Below, piece after piece: positions 47,436-56,666 of a DNA stretch of 64,000 nucleotides. Source of the DNA: Shigella phage PSD9; the sequence record MZ561532. One strand, 5' to 3'. The notes under the pieces are model-generated. The model did no database searches and was not told the origin of the DNA. It saw nothing but the letters and a program-made list of their open reading frames with translations. Made by a program: the position numbers and the translations under genes. Numbering within the stretch: position 1 is the stretch's first letter; every line of letters begins with the position of its first letter.

Positions 47436-47448
47436 TTTGTAATCTCCT

Positions 47449-47494
47449 GTAGTTGATAGGTCTATAGTACCACGTCTACAGGAGATGTAAACTG
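47449..47494 (-). promoter_or_regulatory. early promoter cassette
   Basis: gtagttgataggtctatagtacca ... gatgtaaac directly upstream of regB. Confidence 0.6.
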
Positions 47495-47496
47495 CT

Positions 47497-47706
47497 TTAT
47501 TCTTGGAATGGGGTAAGTTTTCCAGCAGCTGAACAAATTTCTACCAGTACAGGGTAAAACTCTTTCACTTGTTCAAGGCGTTGGGCTGCATACTGTACTT
47601 CACCTTCTTCGAGACAAGCCATTTGGTCGTCAAGCAAGTATTTGTGGTAGCCAGTACAGGCTTCACCGATGATACGCTGGAAATCTTGTAAACTTTCAAT
47701 TTTCAT
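47497..47706 (-). CDS. hypothetical protein (about 69 aa)
   Basis: start adjusted to MKIESL. Confidence 0.35.
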   Translation of the reverse strand: MKIESLQDFQRIIGEACTGYHKYLLDDQMACLEEGEVQYAAQRLEQVKEFYPVLVEICSAAGKLTPFQE

Positions 47707-47984
47707 CAGTATTTTTCCTCGGGTTGGAAAACGGAACGACACGCCCACATGCTTGCTTCTTTCAGACGGTCAATTGCATTACGAATCTGGGTGATGCGTT
47801 CATGAGCCTGGTCTAGTTCTTGTTCAGAAACCTCTTCGGTATCTAAGTTCATATAATGAGTAACATGTTCTTCTTCCAGAGCTTTAAACATTAACCCAAG
47901 ACGAACTTCAGCATCTTTGATAGCGTTTACTTTACCGATTTTATCGTCGGTATGCGGCTTATAACCCTTGATATCTTCAATCAT
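47706..47984 (-). CDS. hypothetical protein (92 aa)
   Basis: minus-strand ORF. Confidence 0.4.
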   Translation of the reverse strand: MIEDIKGYKPHTDDKIGKVNAIKDAEVRLGLMFKALEEEHVTHYMNLDTEEVSEQELDQAHERITQIRNAIDRLKEASMWACRSVFQPEEKY

Positions 47985-48199
47985 TTCACTTCCTCGCCAG
48001 TTGCGATATCATATTCTACCAAACGAAGGCCTTCAGTCCAACCTTGCACGGAGATATAGGTAGTCGGGTAAATCATTTCTTTACCATTCCACCGACCGCC
48101 ATCCCAGACTTCCAGAAAGTCTTGTTCACCTGGTCCATTAAGCCATTCAACAAATCTTTTCAGAGCTTCTTCAGAACCTTCAATTGTCAATTTAGACAT
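47981..48199 (-). CDS. hypothetical protein (72 aa)
   Basis: minus-strand ORF. Confidence 0.4.
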   Translation of the reverse strand: MSKLTIEGSEEALKRFVEWLNGPGEQDFLEVWDGGRWNGKEMIYPTTYISVQGWTEGLRLVEYDIATGEEVK

Positions 48200-48536
48200 A
48201 TTTTTTCCAATCAGAAATCATATGAATCTCTTGGTCATAAGTCAAGAGACTACGAGCAATAATACCCTTACAAGGCCCTGAGATGAACTCGAGAGTGAAG
48301 TAAGGAACCTGTTTCATTAATCGGATACTAGGAGCATGACATCTAAAACGAGAGCCCTTAAAGGGCCCTGTCATGAATACATATTCCAATGGGTAGAAAT
48401 AAGCATATTCGAAATTTGCAGTAAGGTCCTCTCTTCGAACCTTACGTGAGAAATAACAGAACTCAAAAAGTTCTTCATCAGTCATCATTGCATTCCTATC
48501 ACAAAGAACAGAGGCAAAGGCTTGTCGCCTTGGCAC
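48192..48536 (-). CDS. hypothetical protein (114 aa)
   Basis: minus-strand ORF. Confidence 0.4.
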   Translation of the reverse strand: MPRRQAFASVLCDRNAMMTDEELFEFCYFSRKVRREDLTANFEYAYFYPLEYVFMTGPFKGSRFRCHAPSIRLMKQVPYFTLEFISGPCKGIIARSLLTYDQEIHMISDWKKYV

Positions 48537-49012
48537 ATAAATTTATTAATCATTACCTGGTAAGCTTCATAGAACTTATCCATCGCTGGAAGGCGCATTG
48601 GCTCTTCGATAATAATCAATAATCGAGTAACAGATAGTCCACGATACTTATGGAAATTGTCTTCATCAAGGAAACTGCGCACAGTATCATAGACAACAAA
48701 ACCAGGACCTTCGACTTGGAGATGTGGGTGTGCCTTAGAAACCTGTTTTATTACATTACAAATTTCTCGCGAGCGATGCGAAGAACTCGACATAACAATC
48801 ACATCATTACCCTTGGAAACCCAATCAGCGGCGAACTGAGCAAGGGCACTTGTTTTACCTGTTTGGCGTCCGCCATCAAGTCGAAGAGTACCAAACTCTT
48901 GCATTCTTGAAGCAGGTTCATACCAGGTATATTGGTCTGAGTCTAAACGTTCAATGGCGCGTTCAGCGAAGGCGTGCATTAAGGTTAGATAAATGGGAGT
49001 TAAAAATTTCAT
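48485..49012 (-). CDS. P-loop NTPase-like protein (about 175 aa)
   Basis: GGRQTGKTSAL Walker A; start adjusted to MKFLTP. Confidence 0.45.
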   Translation of the reverse strand: MKFLTPIYLTLMHAFAERAIERLDSDQYTWYEPASRMQEFGTLRLDGGRQTGKTSALAQFAADWVSKGNDVIVMSSSSHRSREICNVIKQVSKAHPHLQVEGPGFVVYDTVRSFLDEDNFHKYRGLSVTRLLIIIEEPMRLPAMDKFYEAYQVMINKFMCQGDKPLPLFFVIGMQ

Positions 49013-49161
49013 AGTATTTCCTTTGAGGGCCGTTCCTTGGCACATTAATTCGTCCCTTTCTGCATTTACCCATTACCGCACTTGGGCTCGACCTTATTAC
49101 AGGTTGGCGGGAGTCCCTCACAGAATTGTGAGGTCCAGGTTGCTCCCATTTAAAATGCTAA

Positions 49162-49419
49162 TTAACGTTCTTCGTGTTTAAAACCTTTCTTAGTAAACAG
49201 CTTAACAACATCTGCTACTTTACGAAGTTGATCTGCATCAGCAACCAGTTGCTTAACCACTTTCTCGTCAGTTTCTTTAGAGCTAAAAGCGTGCTCAAGT
49301 TCGTCATCATTAGGGTCGGCCATAGAAACTTCAGTGCCGGAAGGTTTAACGTTTACAATCATATTCCAACGTTTAGAAACTAAAGTGGATTCTGTAATAA
49401 ATTCTTGGTAAGTTTTCAT
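49162..49419 (-). CDS. internal head protein (CTS-bearing)
   Basis: N-terminus MKTYQEFITES = T4 capsid-targeting sequence consensus. Confidence 0.6.
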   Translation of the reverse strand: MKTYQEFITESTLVSKRWNMIVNVKPSGTEVSMADPNDDELEHAFSSKETDEKVVKQLVADADQLRKVADVVKLFTKKGFKHEER

Positions 49420-49427
49420 ATTAAGCC

Positions 49428-49787
49428 TTAAAGATGGTCTAGTGCCGGGTTATGAGGTTTTTCTGCTTTAGTAGTGTTTTTATGCCAATCTGATTTAGAA
49501 ACACGGATGGCATCCGCGCCATAAGAACTCTTAAGGAGACCTTTTTTATTGTACACACTTATTGAAGTAAGAGAATCACCATTCCATGTAGCATGAATGA
49601 AGTTAGATTTAGATTTAAGTTCTTTAGCCAAGCTCTGGTTAGTGGCCATGGAAGCAAAGTCTTTACCTGTAACTTTAAAAACTTCAGATGGGTTCAGCCC
49701 TTCTTTGGCCTTAGCCAATTGTTCAGGAGACATAGCTTCGTTAATGCGCTGAGTAGATTCAGTAATAAATTGTTGGTAAGTTTTCAT
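49428..49787 (-). CDS. internal head protein (CTS-bearing)
   Basis: N-terminus MKTYQQFITEST capsid-targeting sequence. Confidence 0.6.
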   Translation of the reverse strand: MKTYQQFITESTQRINEAMSPEQLAKAKEGLNPSEVFKVTGKDFASMATNQSLAKELKSKSNFIHATWNGDSLTSISVYNKKGLLKSSYGADAIRVSKSDWHKNTTKAEKPHNPALDHL

Positions 49788-49829
49788 ATTATTCCTTAAG
49801 TTGATAGAAGTATTCTATCACGGATTTAA

Positions 49830-50246
49830 TTAAGCGTAAATAGCCTTGCCGTAATGTTTGTACCAGGTAGAGCGTTGTGCAATTTTTTCGTCCAAACGGG
49901 CCTGAGATATAGCAATAGAAGCTTCGTGTGGAGTATAGTCACCACGGAATTCCTGAGGAATGTCACTAATGTCCTGGACAGTAGTATCCTTGATATTAAA
50001 ACCACGTTTTAAACATTCGGCTATAAGCTCAATTTGTCGCTTACGTAAAAATTCAAGCTTATCGTAAAAGAATGTAACATGGCCTGTGCCAAGGATAAAA
50101 GTAGGACTGATTTTGAAATCACGGACACGTTTACCATTAGCAACATGCTTACGAACTACACCGAAAACACGTGGCAATTCACGATATTCAGCCATTAAGT
50201 GTTGGTCAGCCAATTCAGATACTAAGGTAAGGTTGATACGAGTCAT
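49830..50246 (-). CDS. denV: endonuclease V (pyrimidine dimer glycosylase) DenV
   Basis: 138 aa, essentially identical to T4 DenV as I recall it ([29 protein letters not shown] ...). Confidence 0.95.
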   Translation of the reverse strand: MTRINLTLVSELADQHLMAEYRELPRVFGVVRKHVANGKRVRDFKISPTFILGTGHVTFFYDKLEFLRKRQIELIAECLKRGFNIKDTTVQDISDIPQEFRGDYTPHEASIAISQARLDEKIAQRSTWYKHYGKAIYA

Positions 50247-50258
50247 TTTTAATCTCCT

Positions 50259-50304
50259 GTAGTTGATAGGTCTATAGTATCATGACTACAGGAGATGTAA
50301 ACAA
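50259..50304 (-). promoter_or_regulatory. early promoter cassette
   Basis: gtagttgataggtctatagtatca ... gatgtaaac upstream of denV. Confidence 0.6.
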
Positions 50305-50326
50305 CTTTTATCAAGTATCGGCTTTA

Positions 50327-50923
50327 TTAATTACCACGGGCTGCATTAGCAACGGCGTAAGCGTACTGAATATTAGCGTCTTTAAACGTACCTTTAGAGG
50401 TATCTATCTCTGCCTTAAAGCCGCCTTTAACCATAACATCGGCAAATTCTTTACGGAAAGTCATTGCATCAAGACCTTTCCATGCGGATTTATGCTTGGC
50501 AAATTCAAGACCGGCGAAGTTAACTGCTTTAGCCAATTTATTATCAATAGTCCATTTACCTGCTTTAGGTACAAATACAGGACCTTTCTGTTTAGAGAAC
50601 AGTTTTAAATTCCAGCGACGAAGGTCACCGTCAGCTTTAACAAAAGCTGCGTCCAAGTTACTAGCAACAACATCTTGGATATGGGCAAATTTAAGTCCAT
50701 CAGCTTCAATATTTAGGTCGTTACGCCAGCGAAGTCCTTCCCAGGCGAAAGCTTTAAAGTCGGAAGCTTTTGTAGCCAAGTACCGTTCAATAGGAGCTGT
50801 TTTAGCGTCAAAACCGTTTCCTGGGTTGTCAACGCCGTTTCCTTTGTAAGTCCACTCATCTTTATTAATGCCTTGGACCTTTCCTACAGAAGCTTCGGCG
50901 ATAAATTCTTTATACGTTTTCAT
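50327..50923 (-). CDS. ipIII: internal head protein, IPIII-like
   Basis: N-terminus MKTYKEFIAEA capsid-targeting sequence; 198 aa, size and position of T4 IPIII. Confidence 0.6.
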   Translation of the reverse strand: MKTYKEFIAEASVGKVQGINKDEWTYKGNGVDNPGNGFDAKTAPIERYLATKASDFKAFAWEGLRWRNDLNIEADGLKFAHIQDVVASNLDAAFVKADGDLRRWNLKLFSKQKGPVFVPKAGKWTIDNKLAKAVNFAGLEFAKHKSAWKGLDAMTFRKEFADVMVKGGFKAEIDTSKGTFKDANIQYAYAVANAARGN

Positions 50924-50968
50924 ACGGGTTCCTTAAAGGTAAATATTTTAATTGGTCTGTTCAAGTAA

Positions 50969-51007
50969 CTGTAGATATACTATCACAATTCTAGGAGATG
51001 TAAACTG
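50969..51007 (-). promoter_or_regulatory. early promoter cassette (partly degenerate)
   Basis: ctgtagatatactatca ... gatgtaaac. Confidence 0.45.
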
Positions 51008-51010
51008 CTT

Positions 51011-51499
51011 TTATCTATAAGCAGCCCATGTGCCGGTTTTAAAGGTGGCGATAACACGCTTAGCACGATTAGGAGTTTGTTTATACCAACGGGATTGAGC
51101 CAGGTTAACTGCTGCATCGTTCCAACGTTTCTGTTGGAGCATACGTAAAGAGTTAGTGAACCCTGCTACACCTGCTTCACCCATTTGGAATACCATATTA
51201 ATCAGTGCACAACGACGAACTTCGTCCAATACATCATAAACAGGTTTCAATTTAGGATTACGCAGAATAGCTCTACGAGCATTTTCAACCGATCGATTAA
51301 AGAGTTGCTCGGCTTCAGCCATAGTAATACGACCATTACAAACTCGACCCATAAGCTTATCAAGTTCAGCACGAGCAACATCTTTAGAAGGGTTCTTAGT
51401 AATCAATTGGCCAATACCAATAGTCCAATAACCTTCAGTGTCTTTATAAAGATTTAAATCAAGACCTTCGTCTTGACGTAACATATCAAAAATATCCAT
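51011..51499 (-). CDS. e: lysozyme (endolysin) E
   Basis: colinear with T4 lysozyme ([17 protein letters not shown] ... [43 protein letters not shown] ...). Confidence 0.95.
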   Translation of the reverse strand: MDIFDMLRQDEGLDLNLYKDTEGYWTIGIGQLITKNPSKDVARAELDKLMGRVCNGRITMAEAEQLFNRSVENARRAILRNPKLKPVYDVLDEVRRCALINMVFQMGEAGVAGFTNSLRMLQQKRWNDAAVNLAQSRWYKQTPNRAKRVIATFKTGTWAAYR

Positions 51500-51500
51500 A

Positions 51501-51529
51501 ATACCTCCTGAGTATAGGAGGTATTTATA
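51501..51529 (-). promoter_or_regulatory. RBS-sequestering hairpin overlapped by late promoter TATAAATA
   Basis: inverted repeat atacctcct/aggaggtat (51501-51524) contains the SD of e; minus-strand TATAAATA at 51522-51529. Confidence 0.6.
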
Positions 51530-51979
51530 TCAAAAGAGCGAATCTAAAACCTTAAACATCGACGGGCCCATGACATATTCCCATTGCGGACGTTTAATCA
51601 AGGCAAAAGCATCAAATTCAGGAATAGTACGACCATCAGGGAACGTATGGTAAGCCGTACATTTGCAATCCTTGAACTGCTCGTGTTCCACAGGCACTGT
51701 ATATAAGAACAGATGTAGATTCTTATTGCTTGAATATTTGAACTCACCTAGGTCTTTCAGGAACGCAGGATCGTATGCTGTGAATCCAATCTCTTCTTCG
51801 GTTTCGCGCATTGCCGCTTGAATAGGCTCTTCGCCTGGTTCGACATGACCCTTAGGAATGTCCCATTTATGACGCATATTCTCTGGATTACGAGAGCCTG
51901 TTACACGGCCCATGACCAGTTCTTTATCAACGGTCATGAATAAAATACCGGCAGATAGTTCTTTCACTTTCTTACTCAT
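51530..51979 (-). CDS. nudE: Nudix hydrolase NudE
   Basis: Nudix box GHVEPGEEPIQAAMRETEEEIGF; start adjusted to MSKKVKEL (149 aa). Confidence 0.8.
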   Translation of the reverse strand: MSKKVKELSAGILFMTVDKELVMGRVTGSRNPENMRHKWDIPKGHVEPGEEPIQAAMRETEEEIGFTAYDPAFLKDLGEFKYSSNKNLHLFLYTVPVEHEQFKDCKCTAYHTFPDGRTIPEFDAFALIKRPQWEYVMGPSMFKVLDSLF

Positions 51980-52208
51980 CGTCTCGTTCCCATGATTGTT
52001 TAAAAATATCTTGCATAATAATTTGAAGTCTATTTTCTGATGATGGACTTTCACTATCAGACACTTGAAGCATATAGTCACCAATAGGACAGAACATATC
52101 CATATCGCTTTCTAAGTCTTCTTTAATTTTCTCTTCTGATGTTCCGGTATCATAGGAATACAGGTAAGAATCACATGACTCAGATTTAATATAAATTGCA
52201 ATACTCAT
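51972..52208 (-). CDS. hypothetical acidic protein (78 aa)
   Basis: minus-strand ORF. Confidence 0.4.
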   Translation of the reverse strand: MSIAIYIKSESCDSYLYSYDTGTSEEKIKEDLESDMDMFCPIGDYMLQVSDSESPSSENRLQIIMQDIFKQSWERDDE

Positions 52209-52792
52209 TTACGGCATTCCTTAATAAAAGAGTTTAATGTATTTTTCTTAGTGATATCGTCATATACCTTTTTAACTTTAGAAATACGAAAAGGTACTTC
52301 GATAACAGAGGTCCATAAAAATGATGCGATAAGACCTAAGATAGCAGCAGACATCGCTGAAGCGAATACACAAATAGGCAGGTCATTATCTGTTGTCAGG
52401 AAAAACCCTAGGAGTGGGAAAAATAATATACCCATCCAAACATAGAATCTAGAACTCACCAATTTGTCGTATTCATCACTCCAGGCACGGAAGCCGTATT
52501 TTTTGCTATAACAAATCAATGGGTCTGGAGTCTGTTCTTTATGTGGTTCCGCTTGCCAGCCGTTTACGATATAGCCCATTTTATATTCCTCAATTAAAAG
52601 CTGCTTCATTTCGGCAGTACAACCTGACCAATCTATTGTACTGGCTGAAATTCCTTCATCACCGTCATCGATATTTCGCCAGGACTTTTTAATAATCATA
52701 GTCTCACCACTTGGGATAATAATTCCAGCATTTTCCGACCGACGGATGAAGTTTGTATCAATACCCATACAACCAGGTTCATAAAGGGCCAT
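52205..52792 (-). CDS. hypothetical membrane protein (195 aa)
   Basis: two C-terminal TM helices. Confidence 0.45.
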   Translation of the reverse strand: MALYEPGCMGIDTNFIRRSENAGIIIPSGETMIIKKSWRNIDDGDEGISASTIDWSGCTAEMKQLLIEEYKMGYIVNGWQAEPHKEQTPDPLICYSKKYGFRAWSDEYDKLVSSRFYVWMGILFFPLLGFFLTTDNDLPICVFASAMSAAILGLIASFLWTSVIEVPFRISKVKKVYDDITKKNTLNSFIKECRK

Positions 52793-53478
52793 TACCAGCC
52801 CTCCATAGGGAATTCCAGATATACTTGAGCATTAACGCGGATTTCATTAGTAATCTTTTTAACACGGTCGGTATTACGAGAGACACGACCAAACCAGCGC
52901 CAACCGTTACTTACTGCACGAGAACCTGTATGCCACGTCTGCCAATCAAACTGGAGCAACGTGCGGTCAGGAGCATCCCACTTAGTTAATTCATTAGACT
53001 CAATTTTTTCCAGAACTTCTTTATGCCACTGGCGATAGATAAGTTCGCCTTCAGGAATCTGACTGAACTGGGCAGTTCCGGTTGCAAAATGAGTAGGACA
53101 CACATCAGCGTTAACAAGACCAAGAATATGTTCAGAATGGTATCGAGGATTATCATAATCAGGTTGCCCTGCGGTAATAAAGTGTTGACCCACCGGAATA
53201 TCCGGGCGTGGTACATCATCATGGTGGAAGCCTGGAATTGCAGGGTACCAGCCGGGCATTAACATGTGTACACGGGAATCAAATACGCATTCAACGGCTT
53301 TCCACTCATCAGGGAGATTAGTAATAAAGCTACGAGTAATAGGACCACCATTTTGTGCAGCAAAATTCAAATCACAGTTAAAGAACATAGGCTCGTTTTT
53401 AATATCATCATTAGAAATATGACCTGCAAAACCACCTACTGCACGAGCTTTAGAATTAAAAGTTTTCGGACCGTTCAT
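52792..53478 (-). CDS. hypothetical protein (228 aa)
   Basis: minus-strand ORF; His/Asp-rich segments, no secure motif. Confidence 0.45.
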   Translation of the reverse strand: MNGPKTFNSKARAVGGFAGHISNDDIKNEPMFFNCDLNFAAQNGGPITRSFITNLPDEWKAVECVFDSRVHMLMPGWYPAIPGFHHDDVPRPDIPVGQHFITAGQPDYDNPRYHSEHILGLVNADVCPTHFATGTAQFSQIPEGELIYRQWHKEVLEKIESNELTKWDAPDRTLLQFDWQTWHTGSRAVSNGWRWFGRVSRNTDRVKKITNEIRVNAQVYLEFPMEGW

Positions 53479-53492
53479 AATATTTTCCTCAC

Positions 53493-53705
53493 TTACTTTT
53501 TGTTGAAAAAGTACATTTTACCTTTAGGAGATAAGGATACACGAAGTGCGTTACCAATACCAACTGAACATTTAACCAGGTCAGCAGATTTCAATTCACC
53601 AAATGCTTGACGAAGGTCACCATCACGAGTGTTAACCATCAGGCATTTAGCACCAGCTGCACGAACTTCGTTTAACATGTTGATTGCTTGGTTAGAAAGT
53701 TTCAT
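53493..53705 (-). CDS. hypothetical protein (about 70 aa)
   Basis: start adjusted to MKLSNQ after GGAGAATAA RBS. Confidence 0.4.
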   Translation of the reverse strand: MKLSNQAINMLNEVRAAGAKCLMVNTRDGDLRQAFGELKSADLVKCSVGIGNALRVSLSPKGKMYFFNKK

Positions 53706-53728
53706 TTTATTCTCCATTTCACTCTGTT

Positions 53729-53771
53729 GTTTTGATAGGTCTATAGTATCACACCTATAGACCTTGTACAC
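53729..53771 (-). promoter_or_regulatory. early promoter cassette (GTACAC variant)
   Basis: gttttgataggtctatagtatca ... ccttgtacac. Confidence 0.5.
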
Positions 53772-53783
53772 TGTTTTGTGCAA

Positions 53784-54743
53784 TTATTTTTCGAAAGGAC
53801 GAATTAAATGTTGGTTACGCTTAAACCGTTCAATGTAGTCGTTTTCACCTAAAGTCTTGTACATATTAACCACAGCTTGGTAGTTTTCCCATGCATAAGT
53901 GCGGAACCAACCTGAAGTGATTGAGGTGCACACTTTCTCAAGGGCCATATAGAAACTTAATGATGGTGAAATATTGAAGTCATTAGGAACCTGTGAACGT
54001 TCTAGTGCCAGGACACAAGTTTCTTCATACACACCAGCCAGTTTAATAGCTTCAGGCAAAGCCTCGAACTTCTCACGAGAGGTCATGACTTCAGAACCTT
54101 CCTTCATATAAAAGGTATATGCAGGGCGCCCTGCCAATGCCACTGCTTCATGAATAGAGTCATGGTCCAGCGTATAAATGGTATCATTAAAGAACGATGA
54201 TTTGTTTACATCCAATTTAGGGTGGGAATAGCTCAACGTTTCTTTTTGACGTTGCAACATAATTTCCTGGAGTTCTTCGTTAAGGGTGATACCTTTATTA
54301 CGAAGGTATTTGATGTGGGACATGGTTTTCAAGAAGAACGGATTATTCTTAAGGAAACGATGAGAGGTTTTGATAGCCAGACAGATATCAGGGGTGGCCC
54401 AATAGAAACCAGTAAGACGGTCCTTTTTAATATGATTTTCAGCATATTTCAGGAGACGATAGCTTGAAGTGAAATCTTCGTCTTGAAGCTCACCGGTAAT
54501 TTCTCGTACGTTAGTCAGAGCACGAACGATATAAGCTTCAAAATAGGTTTCTTTACCATTATGCATACATTTGAAAGCCTGGACATCAGGATTGTCAACG
54601 TGTACATGGGCGCCGAACATACGTGCTTTAAAGTGATTCCATGAGCCTTGGTCGGCAATGAAATCCCAATCAGAATTTTCGATATGCTTACTTTCAATCA
54701 GACCAGCGTGGTGCAGTGCACGAGAACCAATAACTAACATCAT
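53784..54743 (-). CDS. hypothetical protein, possible NTase-like fold (about 319 aa)
   Basis: N-terminal IGSRALHHAGL ... SDWDFIA loosely resembles Pol-beta NTase signature; start adjusted. Confidence 0.4.
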   Translation of the reverse strand: MMLVIGSRALHHAGLIESKHIENSDWDFIADQGSWNHFKARMFGAHVHVDNPDVQAFKCMHNGKETYFEAYIVRALTNVREITGELQDEDFTSSYRLLKYAENHIKKDRLTGFYWATPDICLAIKTSHRFLKNNPFFLKTMSHIKYLRNKGITLNEELQEIMLQRQKETLSYSHPKLDVNKSSFFNDTIYTLDHDSIHEAVALAGRPAYTFYMKEGSEVMTSREKFEALPEAIKLAGVYEETCVLALERSQVPNDFNISPSLSFYMALEKVCTSITSGWFRTYAWENYQAVVNMYKTLGENDYIERFKRNQHLIRPFEK

Positions 54744-54762
54744 AATATTTTCCTCAGTAAAC

Positions 54763-55002
54763 TTAAATTTCAGCGACGTAATCGTTATGCAATTCCCACA
54801 TATCATCAGAATTATTCTTAATGATAGGAATTATCTCATTAGAGATTTCTTCAGCATAAGGGTCATTGATACAGTGGGCATCTTCAAAACGAACACCGTA
54901 ATCAGACTTCTTATAAGAGAAGCCATAAATCTTTTTAAACTTGGCGCGAGTAATGCGTACCGGTTCATTGGACTTATCGGACATCGGAGCGTAATACCAC
55001 AT
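54763..55002 (-). CDS. hypothetical protein (79 aa)
   Basis: minus-strand ORF. Confidence 0.4.
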   Translation of the reverse strand: MWYYAPMSDKSNEPVRITRAKFKKIYGFSYKKSDYGVRFEDAHCINDPYAEEISNEIIPIIKNNSDDMWELHNDYVAEI

Positions 55003-55045
55003 ATGTTCTCCTCATGTTTGTGTAGGGTAATAGTAACATGATTTT

Positions 55046-55396
55046 CTAGAGTTGTACATCACTTCTGCAATATTCTAAAAATAATTTATCATTGTCTACT
55101 GTATCCCAACGACGCCAAGACGGGTTCCAGACCAAAGCGTTGTCACCACAATCATTGAGCTTAAAATGGTCGTAGTACATAGCTATGTGTCTAGTCTCGT
55201 CACCAGAGAACCCCAGTATAGGCTCACCGCGGGTGTGATACATATGATGGTGCATTGAGAGGTCGCATTTGTAAAACATCTCACGTTTACCACGAACGAA
55301 CAAGAAGGCCTGTCCATTCATATAGAATTCTTTATTTGTTTTCAAAAGATATTTGAATACTGAATCTTTATGCATAAGTCCTCCTACCACATCCAT
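55046..55396 (-). CDS. hypothetical protein (116 aa)
   Basis: minus-strand ORF. Confidence 0.4.
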   Translation of the reverse strand: MDVVGGLMHKDSVFKYLLKTNKEFYMNGQAFLFVRGKREMFYKCDLSMHHHMYHTRGEPILGFSGDETRHIAMYYDHFKLNDCGDNALVWNPSWRRWDTVDNDKLFLEYCRSDVQL

Positions 55397-55405
55397 GTGG
55401 TTAAA

Positions 55406-55633
55406 TTATTTTCCTAACGAAATACGAGTAGGTTTTTTACCGAAATAGTCTTCATAAGAACCATCTAAACGACCTGCTTTAGACCGACAATATGAATCGT
55501 ACTTTTTGTAATAAGTCATCTCAGTATTATAACGCGGGTGTCTATCAGCCATAATAATACTTAACGGCCAACCTTTGGCATAATCGCGAAGACCATTTAT
55601 TTTACGAATGTATCTTTTCTTTAATTTTAGCAT
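55406..55633 (-). CDS. hypothetical basic protein (75 aa)
   Basis: minus-strand ORF. Confidence 0.4.
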   Translation of the reverse strand: MLKLKKRYIRKINGLRDYAKGWPLSIIMADRHPRYNTEMTYYKKYDSYCRSKAGRLDGSYEDYFGKKPTRISLGK

Positions 55634-55851
55634 GAGCTCGGATACCAGATTTTACCATCGGCCTGAGCAACGAAGGTGCGTCCAGCTTCTTCACCATAAC
55701 AAGAACTATTCAGCCAATCTTCGAGACGAACTTCACCGTCATAATCGTCGAGCTCAACACCAAAACTTTGAGCAGAAGCCATATCTTTTACTTTCTTATA
55801 CAGTGCAGCCAGTTCAAGTGCAGCTTTTTCTAATTCATTAATATCAGACAT
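55627..55851 (-). CDS. small acidic protein, W-x-SS-x-C C-tail family (paralog 4)
   Basis: ends ... KIWYPSSC. Confidence 0.45.
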   Translation of the reverse strand: MSDINELEKAALELAALYKKVKDMASAQSFGVELDDYDGEVRLEDWLNSSCYGEEAGRTFVAQADGKIWYPSSC

Positions 55852-55862
55852 TTTTTATCACC

Positions 55863-56075
55863 TTAGCAAGACATAGAGGATGTAAACCAGAAACCTTCAC
55901 CTTCCGGAATACCGTAGTCATCACGGACCCATTCGTAATCATCATATTCCGGGTTCTTTGGAGAAATGTATTCTCCACGACCAGAAACACGGAACTCTTC
56001 ACCCGTTTCGTCAGCCACAGACTGGCCTTTACGTACTAATTCACGGATTTGGTTTTCAATTTCATCAATAGTCAT
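55863..56075 (-). CDS. small acidic protein, W-x-SS-x-C C-tail family (paralog 3)
   Basis: ends ... FWFTSSMSC. Confidence 0.45.
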   Translation of the reverse strand: MTIDEIENQIRELVRKGQSVADETGEEFRVSGRGEYISPKNPEYDDYEWVRDDYGIPEGEGFWFTSSMSC

Positions 56076-56084
56076 TTTATTTCC

Positions 56085-56366
56085 TTAACATTCAGAAGAA
56101 GAGGACACCCAACCACCATTTTCTAGGCTGGTAGTGTAATCATGTTGGTTTACAATAGCGTACTGAGCTTCACCGTATTCTTCCCAGTGGGCAAGGTCGG
56201 CTTTCAAGGCGCCAGGAGAATAATAGTCACCGCCCATACCGCGAGCAGGGTATATATTAAAATGAGTCTCATATTTGTTTGCAATTTCCTCGGCACGACG
56301 AATAGCTTTATGGATATCATTTACTGCGTCAGCCAGCTCTTTATTTTTATGGTAATCATTCATCAT
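56085..56366 (-). CDS. small acidic protein, W-x-SS-x-C C-tail family (paralog 2)
   Basis: ends ... GGWVSSSSEC. Confidence 0.45.
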   Translation of the reverse strand: MMNDYHKNKELADAVNDIHKAIRRAEEIANKYETHFNIYPARGMGGDYYSPGALKADLAHWEEYGEAQYAIVNQHDYTTSLENGGWVSSSSEC

Positions 56367-56375
56367 AAAATTTCC

Positions 56376-56666
56376 TTAGCACATTGCCGAAGAGGAGATC
56401 CAAGCACCAACTGTAACGACGCCATTTTCAACTTCACCACCGTTGTTTTCAATTTCATCTTTAAACCACTGGGAGCATTCATAACCGACAGGATAATATG
56501 TACGGCCTGAACCATAATCACCAGTACCGAATTGGATACCATACTTATCGGCAATAGCTTCACATTCATGTTCGATGGTATCTACTTTATTTAGAAGAGC
56601 ATAGATAGCCTTTTCTGCAGATTTCTCGTCGTTGTGTTCTGGGATTTCGATTTCAATTTTATTCAT
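56376..56666 (-). CDS. small acidic protein, W-x-SS-x-C C-tail family (paralog 1)
   Basis: ends ... GAWISSSAMC. Confidence 0.45.
   Translation of the reverse strand: MNKIEIEIPEHNDEKSAEKAIYALLNKVDTIEHECEAIADKYGIQFGTGDYGSGRTYYPVGYECSQWFKDEIENNGGEVENGVVTVGAWISSSAMC

Noticed and set aside
8569-54806. Apparent conserved N-terminal peptide TEENIM / MENKM on several ORF-track proteins (8569, 9498, 35125, 53493, 53784, 61407)
   Set aside because: It is the in-frame translation of the shared RBS leader GAGGAGAATAT before the true ATG; starts were moved to the downstream Met.
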